64,000 nt of DNA from a virus (lineage: Duplodnaviria; Caudoviricetes), in the IMG/VR virus record IMGVR_UViG_2914811602_000003, positions 4,528-68,527 of that record. One strand, given 5' to 3'. Position numbers and translations under genes: made by a program. How positions within the stretch are numbered: position 1 is the first letter of the stretch; each line of letters begins with the position of its first letter. The notes below the pieces were generated by a model. It searched no databases and had not been told where the DNA came from. It saw only the letters and a program-made list of their open reading frames with translations. Of this stretch, positions 32,320 through 42,516 are shown piece by piece.

Positions 32320-34204
32320 GCGTGGCGCCGCCGATGACGGCATCCCACTGATTGACGGGATGCCTGCTGTCCCAGCCAAGCGCAAGGCAATGGTCGAGCG
32401 GGCGATCAAGAAGCATCCCAAACAGCATCGGACGTGCCCGGAGTGCGGAGGGACGTTCTTCGTTCCTAGAGGCAGTGAGCATCGCCACCGAGAGGTCTGT
32501 GACCTGTGCGCGGCCAAGATCCCATCCCCGACCAAGCCTCGTAAGCCCAAGCCCTGCGTGGATTGCGGCGAGGACTTCGTGCCGCTGAAGGCGCAGGAGA
32601 AGCGCTGCTGCCGATGCCAGGAGCGCCAAGACCAGGGGCTCATCGAGCAAGCGATTGCGGTCAAGACCCAGACGATGCGCGATGAGCACTCGGTCAAGGC
32701 CACGCAAGGGCCGATCGACCTCGTGCGCCGGGAGCTGGTGGCGCGCGAGTTGGCCTCGCGCAAGCTCATGGCGTTCGTGGTGCGGATGCAGTCGGACTAT
32801 CAGCCCGGATGGGTCCACAAGGACATCGCCGAGCGGCTGGAGCGGTTCCTGGAGGATGTGGTCAACAAGCGTTCGCCGCGCCTCATGATCCAGATGCCGC
32901 CGCGACTGGGCAAGTCGACGCTGGCCTCGCATATGTTCCCGGCCTGGGCGCTGGGCCGTCGCCCTGAGTTCGAGGTCATCACCTGTTCGTACTCGGCCTC
33001 GCTGGCGATGGAGTTCTCGCGCAAGGTGCGAGCGATGCTCCGTGAAGACGCCTTCAAGGTGGTGTTCCCGGAGTGCAAGCTCGACGAGGAGAACCAGAAC
33101 GCCGAGGGCTGGCGCACGACGCGACGTGGCGGATTCCTACCAGCGGGTGTTGGTGGCGCGATCACCGGTAAGGGCGCGCACATCCTGATCATCGACGACC
33201 CGATCAAGAATTCGGAGGAAGCCGAGAGCGAAACCATCCGCGAGTCGATCAAGGCGTGGTACCAGTCCACGGCCTACACGCGCCTGGCGCCGGGTGGCGG
33301 GGTGCTGATCATTCAGACGCGCTGGCACACGGACGACCTAAGCGGCTGGCTTGAGGATGAGATGCGCCAGGGGCAGGGCGACACGTTCGAGATCGTGCGC
33401 TACCCCATGATCGCGATCGAGGACGAGACCTACCGGAGGAAGGGCGAGGCGCTGCATCCCGAGCGCCGGGATCTGCAAGAGTCGCTGCGCATCAAGCAGG
33501 CGGTCGGCCCGCGCGTGTGGGCGGCACTGTATCAGCAAGATCCCCAGGCCGACGGCGGGCAATACTTCAGCCGGGATATGTTCAAGTTCTACACGCCGCC
33601 CGCGCCGCCAAGGCTCGCGGTCTACGCGGCGTTCGATCTGGCGATCGGCAAGAACGACCGCAACGACTTCACCGTGGGCGCAGTGATCGGGGTGGACGCC
33701 AACGATGACATCTGGGTCTTGGACATCGTGCGCGGTCGCTGGGACTCGCATCGGATCGTCGAGGAGATCCTCCAGGTCCAGCGGGTGTGGAAGCCCGTCA
33801 TGATCGGCCTGGAGAAGGGCCACATCTCGATGGCCATCGGGCCGTACCTCGACAAGCGCATCGCCGAAGAGAAGCTCTACGAGACCAACATCAAGGATCT
33901 GCCGCCCGGACGCCGCGACAAGCTCTCGCGAGCGCGGGCGATCCAGGGGCGGATGCGCCAAGGCAAGGTCAAATTCCCCCAACAGGCTGAATGGCTCGAC
34001 CCCCTGATGAGCGAGATGCTGGCGTTTCCGGACGGGCGCCACGACGACCAGGTCGACGCGCTGGCCTATCTGGGGCAGCTCCTGAGCGAGATGACCACGC
34101 CCCACGTCCCAAGCGCTAAGAGCAAGGCGCGTCGCTCCTGGCGCGACAAGCTCAGGCAATTCGTCCCGTCCGCGCGGGCTCCAAGAACTCCCATGAGTGC
34201 ATGA
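32306..34204 (+). CDS. terL: Terminase large subunit with N-terminal Cys-rich extension
   Basis: QMPPRLGKS, LIIDDP, IQTRW, AFDLA, HDDQVDA; likely start MSKRKR. Confidence 0.95.
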   Translation: MSKRKRGAADDGIPLIDGMPAVPAKRKAMVERAIKKHPKQHRTCPECGGTFFVPRGSEHRHREVCDLCAAKIPSPTKPRKPKPCVDCGEDFVPLKAQEKRCCRCQERQDQGLIEQAIAVKTQTMRDEHSVKATQGPIDLVRRELVARELASRKLMAFVVRMQSDYQPGWVHKDIAERLERFLEDVVNKRSPRLMIQMPPRLGKSTLASHMFPAWALGRRPEFEVITCSYSASLAMEFSRKVRAMLREDAFKVVFPECKLDEENQNAEGWRTTRRGGFLPAGVGGAITGKGAHILIIDDPIKNSEEAESETIRESIKAWYQSTAYTRLAPGGGVLIIQTRWHTDDLSGWLEDEMRQGQGDTFEIVRYPMIAIEDETYRRKGEALHPERRDLQESLRIKQAVGPRVWAALYQQDPQADGGQYFSRDMFKFYTPPAPPRLAVYAAFDLAIGKNDRNDFTVGAVIGVDANDDIWVLDIVRGRWDSHRIVEEILQVQRVWKPVMIGLEKGHISMAIGPYLDKRIAEEKLYETNIKDLPPGRRDKLSRARAIQGRMRQGKVKFPQQAEWLDPLMSEMLAFPDGRHDDQVDALAYLGQLLSEMTTPHVPSAKSKARRSWRDKLRQFVPSARAPRTPMSA

Positions 34205-36387
34205 CGATGAAAAAGACTGAGCGCGATGTGGCGCGTGATGCTTGGGATGCTTATGTGCGAGCGCGTGACGCTGGGCACGAGCAATGGGTCAAGAAGGCCC
34301 ACGAGGCTGAACGCTTCTACGCCGGGGGCGGGCAGCAGTGGGATGAGGCGGATCGCCAGCGTCTGGAGTCGGAAGGGAAGCCCGTGCTGGAGGTGAACCT
34401 GATCCTGAGCACCGTCAATGCGATGCTGGGCGAGCGCATCAATCAGCGCGCCGAGATTCGCTTTCAACCGATGCGTGGCGGCACGGCGCAACTGGCTGAG
34501 GCGGTGTTGACGCCGTTGGTGCGGCACATCCAGGAGGACAATCAGTTCCATTACCTGGAAGGGGAGATGTTCCAGGACGGGCTCATCACTGGGCGTGGGT
34601 ACCTCGATATTCGGATGAACTTCGATGAGGACTTGCGCGGTGAGGCCCGGATCTCGGTTGTCGACCCGATGACGGTGATCCCGGACCCCTATGCCAAGAG
34701 CTATGACACCCGTGACTGGCGCGAAGTGATCACCACGCGCTGGATGACGCTGCATGAGATCGAGGCGGAGTACGGCAAGGAGCATCGCAAGAAGGTCGAG
34801 GCGTTCGCGCTGACCAGCGACTCGTTGGGGGCGTACGAGCACGATTGCATCGAGTGGGCGATCAAGGACCACTCGTTTGGAGACCCGGACGCTGTCGTGG
34901 CCGAGCGCCATTCGACGGAGGACATCTCGCGCGTGCGGGTGATCGAGCGGCAGTTCAAGCAAGTGGCTCCGGCTCGGTTCTATGTGGACAACGCCACGGG
35001 AGACATGCGTGAGATCCCCGAGGATATTCCAGATGAGCGGGCGGCGGCGTTGGCCCAGCAACTCGGTATGTCGATCATTCGCCGGGTGCGACCGCGCGTG
35101 CGGTGGACGGTGACTTGCGGGACGCATGTGATCAAGGACATCTGGTCGCCGTATCCGCACTTCACGATCGTGGGGTATTTCCCGTACTTCATGCGGGGCC
35201 GTCCGTTCGGGGTGGTCCAGAACCTCATCAGCCCGCAGCGGCAGCTCAACAAGGCCGAGAGCCAGGAGCTGCACATCATCAATACCACGGCCAACAGTGG
35301 CTGGATCATCGAGGCCGGATCGCTCCTCAACATGACCGAAGACGAGCTCGAAGCGCGGGGCGCTGAGACCGGGCTCGTGATGGTCGTGCGACAGGGCGCG
35401 CAGCCCCCGACCAAGATCCTGCCTAATCATGTCCCGACCGGGATCAGTAACGTCGCGAGCAAGGCGTCAGGGGCTATCAAGGCGATCTCGGGGATCTATG
35501 ACGCCATGCTCGGGGATGCCGGGCGCGAGGTCAGCGGCAAGGCGCTGGAAGCCCGCATCCAGCGCGGGACGGTGCAGATGCAGGTGCCGTTCGACAACCT
35601 CAACCGTACCCGCCAGATCGTCGGCGAGATGCTGTACGGGCTGATCCGTGAGTATTACACCGAGGAGCGGGTGTACCACGTCGCCGACTTCAACCAGCCA
35701 GGGGCGCCGATCGTCCCGGTCGAGATCAACAAGCAGCAGTTCGACGGGACGATCCTGAACGATGTGACGATCGGTGAGTACGCCATTCGGGTGAGTGTCG
35801 GCCCGTCGCACGACAACGTCCAGGAGGCGCAGTTCCAGGAGGCGCTCCAGTTGCGCGAGGCGGGGGTCATGATCCCGGACTATGCGGTGGTGGAGAACAG
35901 CCATCTGCTGCATCGCCACGAGCTCTCGGAGCTGCTGCGCAAGATGCAAGGCTTCGCGGAACCGACGCCGGAAGAGCAGCAGATGCTCCAGATGCAGCAG
36001 CAGATCCAGATGGAGATGGTGCTGGCGGAGCTCGCGACCAACAAGGCCAAGGCGATGCTGCTCCAGGCCCAGGCGCAACAGGCCCAGGCCAAGGCCCAAG
36101 AGCTGGAAGGCGGTGCTCAGATCCAGGCACTGGAGCTTCAGAGCCACATCGAGCTGGAGCTGCGCAAGCTCGAACAGCGCTGGGCTGAGCTCCAAGCGAA
36201 TCTCGAGAACAAGCTCCAACTGGCCGGTGTTCATGCCGGTATCAAGTCCGATCTGACGCGCTACACCACGGTGGCCAAGCAGACCACTGAGGAAATGCGT
36301 CAGCGTACGGACCTTCAGAAGACCGCTATGCAACTTCAGGCGGCACGCGAGAAGTCCACTCCCCCGTCCAAGAGTAAGGCCCGATAA
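34201..36387 (+). CDS. Portal protein (P22-like)
   Basis: 728 aa after terL; FY.G..QWD, PVLEVNLI, GLITGRG, GVVQNLISPQRQLNK, VSGKAL; Q-rich C-terminal barrel helix. Confidence 0.9.
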   Translation: MTMKKTERDVARDAWDAYVRARDAGHEQWVKKAHEAERFYAGGGQQWDEADRQRLESEGKPVLEVNLILSTVNAMLGERINQRAEIRFQPMRGGTAQLAEAVLTPLVRHIQEDNQFHYLEGEMFQDGLITGRGYLDIRMNFDEDLRGEARISVVDPMTVIPDPYAKSYDTRDWREVITTRWMTLHEIEAEYGKEHRKKVEAFALTSDSLGAYEHDCIEWAIKDHSFGDPDAVVAERHSTEDISRVRVIERQFKQVAPARFYVDNATGDMREIPEDIPDERAAALAQQLGMSIIRRVRPRVRWTVTCGTHVIKDIWSPYPHFTIVGYFPYFMRGRPFGVVQNLISPQRQLNKAESQELHIINTTANSGWIIEAGSLLNMTEDELEARGAETGLVMVVRQGAQPPTKILPNHVPTGISNVASKASGAIKAISGIYDAMLGDAGREVSGKALEARIQRGTVQMQVPFDNLNRTRQIVGEMLYGLIREYYTEERVYHVADFNQPGAPIVPVEINKQQFDGTILNDVTIGEYAIRVSVGPSHDNVQEAQFQEALQLREAGVMIPDYAVVENSHLLHRHELSELLRKMQGFAEPTPEEQQMLQMQQQIQMEMVLAELATNKAKAMLLQAQAQQAQAKAQELEGGAQIQALELQSHIELELRKLEQRWAELQANLENKLQLAGVHAGIKSDLTRYTTVAKQTTEEMRQRTDLQKTAMQLQAAREKSTPPSKSKAR

Positions 36388-36395
36388 GGTGAGGC

Positions 36396-37343
36396 ATGTC
36401 TGAGAATTTGTACGTTGGTGGCGATCCGATCGAAGAGGACGACTTGAGCACGTTGGATCGGGGCGACACGCTCGAACCGAGCACTGAGCCCGAAGCCCCC
36501 GCACCGAACGCTGAGCCCGAAGCGCCGGAAGAGGTACCAAGCGCCGAGTCTGAAGCTCCAGAGCCAAGCGCTGAGACTCAAGCCCCGGAGGAGGCACCGA
36601 CCGGAGAAGCGGCGGTGCCGGAAGGGCTCAAGCCCGACCACAAGATTCCGAAGGCCCGGTTCGATGAGGTCAACCTCAAGCGCAAAGCGGCTGAGGCTCG
36701 GCTTCAGCAGCTTGAGGAGGAGCTGGCGCGGCTGAAGAACCCGGCGTCGGCGGAGAGCTTCGACTTCGATGCCAAGGAAGAGGAGTACATGGCCGCCGTG
36801 GTCGATGGGGAGTTCGCCAAGGCCAAGGCGATTCGTGCTGAGATCCGGCGTGCCGAGCAGGAAGCGCTACGGGCTGAAGCGGCAAAGGTCAAGACTGAGG
36901 CGGTGACCCAGACTCAGATCGAGTTGGATTTCAAGAACACGGTGGTCGAGCTGGAGGCGAAGTATCCGGCGTTCAACAGCCGTGCTGAGACCTTCGACGA
37001 GGACGCCACCAACGAGGTGCTGGAGCTGCACAACGCCTACATGCAGATGGGCAAGTACCCGACGCCCTCGGACAGTCTGCGCGCAGCGGCGGAGCTGATT
37101 GCGCTCAAGTATGGGGTGGTCGTCCCGCAAGCTCCGTCACCGACGACTGAACCACCAGCGGCTCCGTCCAAGCCGGTCGCGGATGCCAAGAAGAAGGCGG
37201 CGATTGCGGCGGCGCAGCCTTCGATTCCTCAAAGCGGTGCGCCGGGGATTCCCTCTGGCCCCAGCATCCGCACGATGTCGGAAGAAGAATTTGACGCGCT
37301 GCCCGAGAGCAAGAAGGCCGAGCTGCGCGGCGATCTGGTGTAA
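36396..37343 (+). CDS. Capsid scaffolding protein
   Basis: Acidic P/E/A-rich N-terminus, IPKARFDEVN, coiled coil, C-terminal MSEEEFDALPESKKAELRGD; lies between portal and capsid genes. Confidence 0.8.
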   Translation: MSENLYVGGDPIEEDDLSTLDRGDTLEPSTEPEAPAPNAEPEAPEEVPSAESEAPEPSAETQAPEEAPTGEAAVPEGLKPDHKIPKARFDEVNLKRKAAEARLQQLEEELARLKNPASAESFDFDAKEEEYMAAVVDGEFAKAKAIRAEIRRAEQEALRAEAAKVKTEAVTQTQIELDFKNTVVELEAKYPAFNSRAETFDEDATNEVLELHNAYMQMGKYPTPSDSLRAAAELIALKYGVVVPQAPSPTTEPPAAPSKPVADAKKKAAIAAAQPSIPQSGAPGIPSGPSIRTMSEEEFDALPESKKAELRGDLV

Positions 37344-37366
37344 GAACTCCTTGTGGGGTGGGCTTT

Positions 37367-37400
37367 GAAGGGGTCGCGTCTGGCGACCCCTTCCTTTTTG
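37367..37400 (+). terminator. Intrinsic terminator
   Basis: 11-bp stem GAAGGGGTCGC/GCGACCCCTTC followed by CTTTTTG. Confidence 0.75.
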
Positions 37401-37562
37401 TTGCAGCCCCACACACAAAACTCATAGTTTTACACATCATGACGCGAACCGACAGCGAGATGTCGGTACGGTTCGCACCCCGTCTTCTGGTGCGCATTGG
37501 GTCGCTCAAGCAGCGTAAGGCTTACACCGCTGAATTCTTGAACAACTGATGGGAACCACCCA

Positions 37563-38669
37563 ATGGCAGTGACCAATTTTGCGGCTCTCACCGACGAGCA
37601 GTTGACCGTCTGGAGTCGCGACCTTTGGAAGGCCGCGCGCAACAACTCGTTCGTGTCCCGCTTCACCGGGACCGGCCCGAACTCGATGATCCAGCGCATC
37701 ACCGAGCTGACTAAGAGCGAAAAAGGGGCGCGGGCGGTCATCACGCTCGTGGCGGATCTGGAAGGCGACGGTGTCGTCGGAGATAACCAACTGGAGGGTA
37801 ACGAGGAGGCCGGGAAGGCGTTCGATCTGGCGATCCAGATCGACCAGCTCCGTCACGGTACCCGGCACAAGGGGCGCATGGCTGACCAGCGCTCGATCGT
37901 CAACTTCCGCTCGACCGCCAAAGACACCCTGGGCTACTGGATCGGTGACCGCATCGACCAGATGGCGTTCCTGACCCTGTCCGGTGTCGGCTATGAGTTC
38001 ACCAACAACGGTGTCCGGCGCCCGAACAACAGCCAGCTCAAGGAGCTGGAGTTCGCGGGCGATGTGACCGCGCCGTCGCTCAATCGCCATCTGCGCTGGA
38101 GCAAGACCACGGGCCTGGAAGCCGGGAACACGGCGGCGATCACCGAGGCTGATACTCCATCCTACGCCATGTTGGTGCAGGCCAAAGCCTACGCCAAGAC
38201 CCAGTACATCCGAGGCATTCGCGGCAAGGGCAACGAGGAGTATTACCACGTCTTCATGCACCCGCTGGCGCTGGCCAAGCTGAAGCTCGACCCGGACTAC
38301 CTGGCGAACTTGCGTCACGCCGGTCCCCGAGGCACTGACAGCCCGATTTTCAGCGGTTCCGTGGTGACTCAGGACGGTCTGGTGATCCATGAGTTCCGCT
38401 ATGTGTTCAACACCACGGCGGCACCTTCAGGCGATCGTTGGGGCGCGCTGGGGGCGGTGCATGGTCAACGCGCGTTGTTCTGCGGTGCTCAGGCGCTGGG
38501 TATGGCGGATCTCGGTAATCCGTACTGGAACGAGGAGTATTTCGACTACGGCAACGCGCAGGGTATTTCGGTCGGCAAGATGATGGGTCTGCTGAAGCCG
38601 GTCTTCCACAGCCAGGCTTCCGGCAGCAAGGAAGACTTCGGGCTGATGGTGATCGATACCGCGATCTGA
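37563..38669 (+). CDS. Major capsid protein (N4-gp56 / DUF4043 family)
   Basis: WSRDLW, IQRITEL.K..KG.....LVADL.GDGV.GD..LEGNEE, IDQLRH, RALFCGAQALG.A, EE.FDYGN, KEDFG. Confidence 0.9.
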   Translation: MAVTNFAALTDEQLTVWSRDLWKAARNNSFVSRFTGTGPNSMIQRITELTKSEKGARAVITLVADLEGDGVVGDNQLEGNEEAGKAFDLAIQIDQLRHGTRHKGRMADQRSIVNFRSTAKDTLGYWIGDRIDQMAFLTLSGVGYEFTNNGVRRPNNSQLKELEFAGDVTAPSLNRHLRWSKTTGLEAGNTAAITEADTPSYAMLVQAKAYAKTQYIRGIRGKGNEEYYHVFMHPLALAKLKLDPDYLANLRHAGPRGTDSPIFSGSVVTQDGLVIHEFRYVFNTTAAPSGDRWGALGAVHGQRALFCGAQALGMADLGNPYWNEEYFDYGNAQGISVGKMMGLLKPVFHSQASGSKEDFGLMVIDTAI

Positions 38670-38675
38670 TGTTGC

Positions 38676-38700
38676 GAGCGCCCGAGACGGGCGCTCTTCT
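38676..38700 (+). terminator. Hairpin after capsid gene
   Basis: GAGCGCCCG-AGA-CGGGCGCTC followed by TTCT. Confidence 0.55.
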
Positions 38701-38721
38701 CGAACCATACCGGAGACTACT

Positions 38722-39114
38722 ATGACCCTGAAGATTTCCGATCGCCAGTACCCGCTGAGCGTGATGACCCCGTTCACTTTCGCTGACCTGACTTCAGGTG
38801 TGGCCGCGCCGATCGTGGAGCTGCCGCCTGGTGCTGTGGTCACCGGCGGAATGCTGGTCATCGAGACGGCGTTTGACTCGGCGACCTCCGACACCCTGAT
38901 CGTGGGTGACGCGGGTGGCCCGGATCGCTATGTCGCTGGCGTCGATGGCCAGGCTACAGGCGCGACGGCGCTGGTCCCCACTGGCTACCTGACCCCAAGC
39001 ACCACGGACATCACCCTGACCTGGACGGGCGTAGGCGCAGCCCCGACCCAGGGCGCGGGATACTTGATTGTGACCTACATCCGCGAGGATCGGTCGCAGG
39101 AAAACCAAGGTTGA
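38722..39114 (+). CDS. Probable capsid decoration/cement protein
   Basis: Beta-rich 130 aa directly after the capsid gene; GAVVTGG.LVIETAFD...VGD...RY. Confidence 0.55.
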   Translation: MTLKISDRQYPLSVMTPFTFADLTSGVAAPIVELPPGAVVTGGMLVIETAFDSATSDTLIVGDAGGPDRYVAGVDGQATGATALVPTGYLTPSTTDITLTWTGVGAAPTQGAGYLIVTYIREDRSQENQG

Positions 39115-39159
39115 TCCAAGGGGCCGGGGTAACCCGGCCTCGTGCCAAGAGGACTACCC

Positions 39160-39546
39160 ATGCCGCAAATGAAGAGCCTTGCACCGGTGCGCATTGCCAG
39201 CCGGGCGGGGCATGTCGTGGTTGTGACACCCGAGGGGTCGTTCGTTCCTGATGTGCTGGTTCCCGAGGCGCTGTCGCGTGGCTGTGTCCTTGTGAACCAG
39301 TCTGGCCCTGCCACCGAGCCGAGGGCGCCAAGCGCTTTGAGCGCAGCCGTTGAGCCGCCTGTCGAGAAGCCCTCCGATCGGCTGGTCCAGATTCGCGAGG
39401 CGGTCACCAAGCTGATCGAGAACAACGATCCGGCTGACTTCACTGCCACGGGCGTTCCGCGGGTTGCCGCTGTGCGCCGGGTGTTCGATGACTCCGTGAC
39501 CTCGGAAGAGATCGCTGAAGCCATGCTGCTGGTAAAGGGCGGCTAA
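39160..39546 (+). CDS. Hypothetical head-associated protein with C-terminal helical (HeH-like) domain
   Basis: GAGG RBS; DFTATGVPRVAAV motif; synteny. Confidence 0.5.
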   Translation: MPQMKSLAPVRIASRAGHVVVVTPEGSFVPDVLVPEALSRGCVLVNQSGPATEPRAPSALSAAVEPPVEKPSDRLVQIREAVTKLIENNDPADFTATGVPRVAAVRRVFDDSVTSEEIAEAMLLVKGG

Positions 39547-39550
39547 GCCG

Positions 39551-40132
39551 GTGGACACCGAGCACTTCTACCCGGAGCTCTCGCAGCTCTTCCCAAACAC
39601 GCCCTGGCTGGCTTTCGACCGCGCGCTGAACATCGCCGCGCGGACGCTGTGCCGGATCGGGCTGGTGTGGCGGGTAGACCTCGATCCGCTCGATTGGGAG
39701 GAGGGGATGGCAGAGTACGAGCTGTTCCCTCCCGCCAACACGCGCATCGTCCAGATTCTGGAGCTCGGTCGCCTTACTCCCACCACGATTCAACAGCTTC
39801 ACCGTCAGGATGCCCGCTGGCGCTCGCGTCAGGGGACGCCGGATGTGTTTGCGCCGACTGGGGAGAACCGGATCACGGTGTACCCCGTGCCGGCATCCAC
39901 TCAGACAGAGGCGGTCATCCCGCGCGTGGCCCTGGCCCCGACGCGCGAAGGCCCGCGACTGGCTGATGACTATGCCTGGCCCTATGAGCGGTTGCTCTTG
40001 CGAGGGGCTGCGGCCTCTTTGGGCGGCGGTTCTTGGCCGGAGTTCGAGCATCTGTGCTACGGCGCACGCAGCCACGCGGTCGACGGCAATCATGTCGGAC
40101 TGGCTCGCCGGGTGCGCTATGGCGGGCTTTGA
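39551..40132 (+). CDS. Putative head-tail adaptor
   Basis: Synteny; A...AARTLC..GLVWR..L pattern seen in podophage adaptors. Confidence 0.5.
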   Translation: MDTEHFYPELSQLFPNTPWLAFDRALNIAARTLCRIGLVWRVDLDPLDWEEGMAEYELFPPANTRIVQILELGRLTPTTIQQLHRQDARWRSRQGTPDVFAPTGENRITVYPVPASTQTEAVIPRVALAPTREGPRLADDYAWPYERLLLRGAAASLGGGSWPEFEHLCYGARSHAVDGNHVGLARRVRYGGL

Positions 40133-40142
40133 GGTTTGAAAT

Positions 40143-40841
40143 ATGGCAAGCGTTCTCGTCCGCGATCTCATCACGCGCGCCCAGACCATCCTCCAGGACA
40201 CGACCAGCACGCGCTGGCCGGTCGAGGAGCTGGTCGGCTGGCTCAATGACAGCTATCGCGAAATCATCTTGGCTCGCCCGGACGCCAACTCGGAGACGGG
40301 CACGTTCACTTGCTCGGAGGGCACGCGCCAGGAGCTTGCCAAGTCGGACGGGGGCTTCCCGAACGCGCTGCGCCTGCTAGACATCGTGCGCAATGTGGCC
40401 CCAACGTCGTCCAAGCGGGCGATTCGGCACATCGACCGTCAGATTCTGGATGACCAGCGGCGCGGATGGCACGCGGATACCCCGTCGGTCAACATCGAGC
40501 ACTTCATGTTCGATTCCCGGCTCCCGCGCTCATTTCTCGTCTACCCGCCCGCGGCGCCGACGGCGCAGCTTGAGGTGGTGTTCTCGTCTGTGCCCTTGGC
40601 TCATCCGGTCGAAGACGCTGAGGATGGCTCGACGGCGACGATTCATATCGTCGATTCCTACGCCAATGCGATGCTCGATTACATCCTCTATCGCGCCTAC
40701 ACCAAGGACGCCGAATACGCCGCCAATGCGCAGCGGGCAGCGAACCACTATCAGGCGATGGCCACGGCGCTCGGGGTCAAAACCCAGACCGACCTCGCCG
40801 TCGACCCGAAGAACCCCGGTTTCACAACCTACCCAAAGTGA
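40143..40841 (+). CDS. Head-tail adaptor (DUF6682-like)
   Basis: RAQTILQD...RW...ELVGWLND..REI...RPDA; DYILYRAYTKDAEY. Confidence 0.65.
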   Translation: MASVLVRDLITRAQTILQDTTSTRWPVEELVGWLNDSYREIILARPDANSETGTFTCSEGTRQELAKSDGGFPNALRLLDIVRNVAPTSSKRAIRHIDRQILDDQRRGWHADTPSVNIEHFMFDSRLPRSFLVYPPAAPTAQLEVVFSSVPLAHPVEDAEDGSTATIHIVDSYANAMLDYILYRAYTKDAEYAANAQRAANHYQAMATALGVKTQTDLAVDPKNPGFTTYPK

Positions 40842-40849
40842 GGTAACGC

Positions 40850-41281
40850 ATGGCCGCAGCCAGCGATTTTCTTGAGTCTGCGCTCCTGGAGCACTTCCGG
40901 GGGACGCCGCTCCCGTTGCCGCCGAACTTTTTCATCGCGTTGCACACGTCCGACCCGACGGATGCGGCTCTTGCAGGCTCAGAAGTGTCGACGGGCGCTT
41001 GGCCCTCTTATGAACGCCAGTCTGTAGGCACACCGCTGTCGAGTGCTTGGACGGCGAGCGTCGATGAGGCCGGTGGCGGCAAGCAGATCACCAACGCCAA
41101 CACGCTGAACTTCCCGGCCAATGACGGCGCCGGTTCGGTCTCGGTGACGCACTTCTCGATCTGGGACGCGGCCACGGGCGGCAATATGTGGGCGCACGCC
41201 CCGTTGGTGGCCATCAAGACCATCGATCCGTCGGACATCTTCAGCGCGATTCCAGGGTCGCTGCGGCTGATCAGCCGTTGA
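40850..41281 (+). CDS. Virion structural / tail protein
   Basis: IALHTSDP...EVS...Y.RQ, ITN...NFP, VTHFSIWDAATGGN. Confidence 0.65.
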   Translation: MAAASDFLESALLEHFRGTPLPLPPNFFIALHTSDPTDAALAGSEVSTGAWPSYERQSVGTPLSSAWTASVDEAGGGKQITNANTLNFPANDGAGSVSVTHFSIWDAATGGNMWAHAPLVAIKTIDPSDIFSAIPGSLRLISR

Positions 41282-41298
41282 TCGTGTAGCCGCCCCCG

Positions 41299-42516
41299 AT
41301 GATGCTCAACGGCGGTCGGCTCAATGCCCAGGTCGTCAACGGCTCGCGCCGGTTGCCGATCTATGCGGATGCCGCGGCGGCGCTGAGCCTTCAGGCTGAG
41401 TGCGCTGCGCACATCGAAGTCCGGTTGGAGGGGACGGCGCCCCTGGCTGTGGGCGCGCAGTTGCAGCCGCAGGTGGCGCGCTCGGGTACGGGCACGGCGA
41501 CGATGCCGTTGGGCGCCTCGCTCGATGCGGTTCGGCTTCGCCTCGCGGGAGGCGAGCTGGATCTGTCGATCGTCCATCTCGATCCGCTCTCGTCTCGGGT
41601 CATTCGCCGCGCGTCCGGCTTGGGGGCCATACAAACCTTTTTCGACCTGACTCCCCAGGTCCACCGCACTGGCGCAGGGTACTTGCCCCTGGTGCTGGGT
41701 GGGGAGCTTGGGGCTTCCGCACGTCGGTATGGGGTATCCCAACCGGCTGTGATCCAGACGGTATCGAGCCTGCGCGGGCGTGTGGAGCGGCGCACAACGG
41801 GTGACGTGGTGGTCGCCCTTGGCCTGGAGGGTGTCGGTCAACGACATCGCCGGGGTTCAGGGAGCGCGGTCTTCGGGGTCATTGCTCTACCGGCTGTCGG
41901 GACGCGGCGTCGTACCGGGCAAGGGGTTGCGACGCTCGCCCTCGAGTTCTACGAGCTCGGTACCACGATCATTCGCGAGGGGGTCGTTGAAGGCGCCGGA
42001 GCGGCCCTCCTTGGGCTGCACACGACACTCACGGCTCAGGCTCAGCGGATGCTCTCCGGGGCGGCGGCCGTCGTTCTGGAGGGAGACGGCGCTGGTGAAG
42101 TGCATGTCCGTGGTGAAGGGGCCGCGGTCGTTGATCTGCGGGCTGAGGGCACGGGGTTCAGGATTCGTCAGCTCCTTCAGGCGGCTGAGGCGGTACTTGA
42201 ACTGGATGCGAGCGTGGGGGCGATTCGTTGGCTGGTCTCGCTTCCTCCACTGCCCGTGGCGACCACGATTCTGCGCGGGGACGGGGCGGTTCGACGGGGT
42301 CTTTCCGGGGACGTGGTCCTGGAGCTTCACACGGAGTCTTCAGGGTTCCTCAACATCGCATCAGCCGATGTCGACAGCCAAACATTCCTACGCCCGCCTG
42401 ATCGGCGCGCTTTCCTACGGTTGGCGGGCGCCGATTTCCACGTATTCACACGTCCAGTCGATCAGCGTGAGTTTGCTCGACCCGCGGACGTGCGGCATTT
42501 CCGAAAGGTGATCTAA
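41299..42516 (+). CDS. Beta-repeat tail-associated protein
   Basis: MLNGGRLNAQVVNG start and G/A/V-rich repeating strands within the tail module. Confidence 0.5.
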   Translation: MMLNGGRLNAQVVNGSRRLPIYADAAAALSLQAECAAHIEVRLEGTAPLAVGAQLQPQVARSGTGTATMPLGASLDAVRLRLAGGELDLSIVHLDPLSSRVIRRASGLGAIQTFFDLTPQVHRTGAGYLPLVLGGELGASARRYGVSQPAVIQTVSSLRGRVERRTTGDVVVALGLEGVGQRHRRGSGSAVFGVIALPAVGTRRRTGQGVATLALEFYELGTTIIREGVVEGAGAALLGLHTTLTAQAQRMLSGAAAVVLEGDGAGEVHVRGEGAAVVDLRAEGTGFRIRQLLQAAEAVLELDASVGAIRWLVSLPPLPVATTILRGDGAVRRGLSGDVVLELHTESSGFLNIASADVDSQTFLRPPDRRAFLRLAGADFHVFTRPVDQREFARPADVRHFRKVI

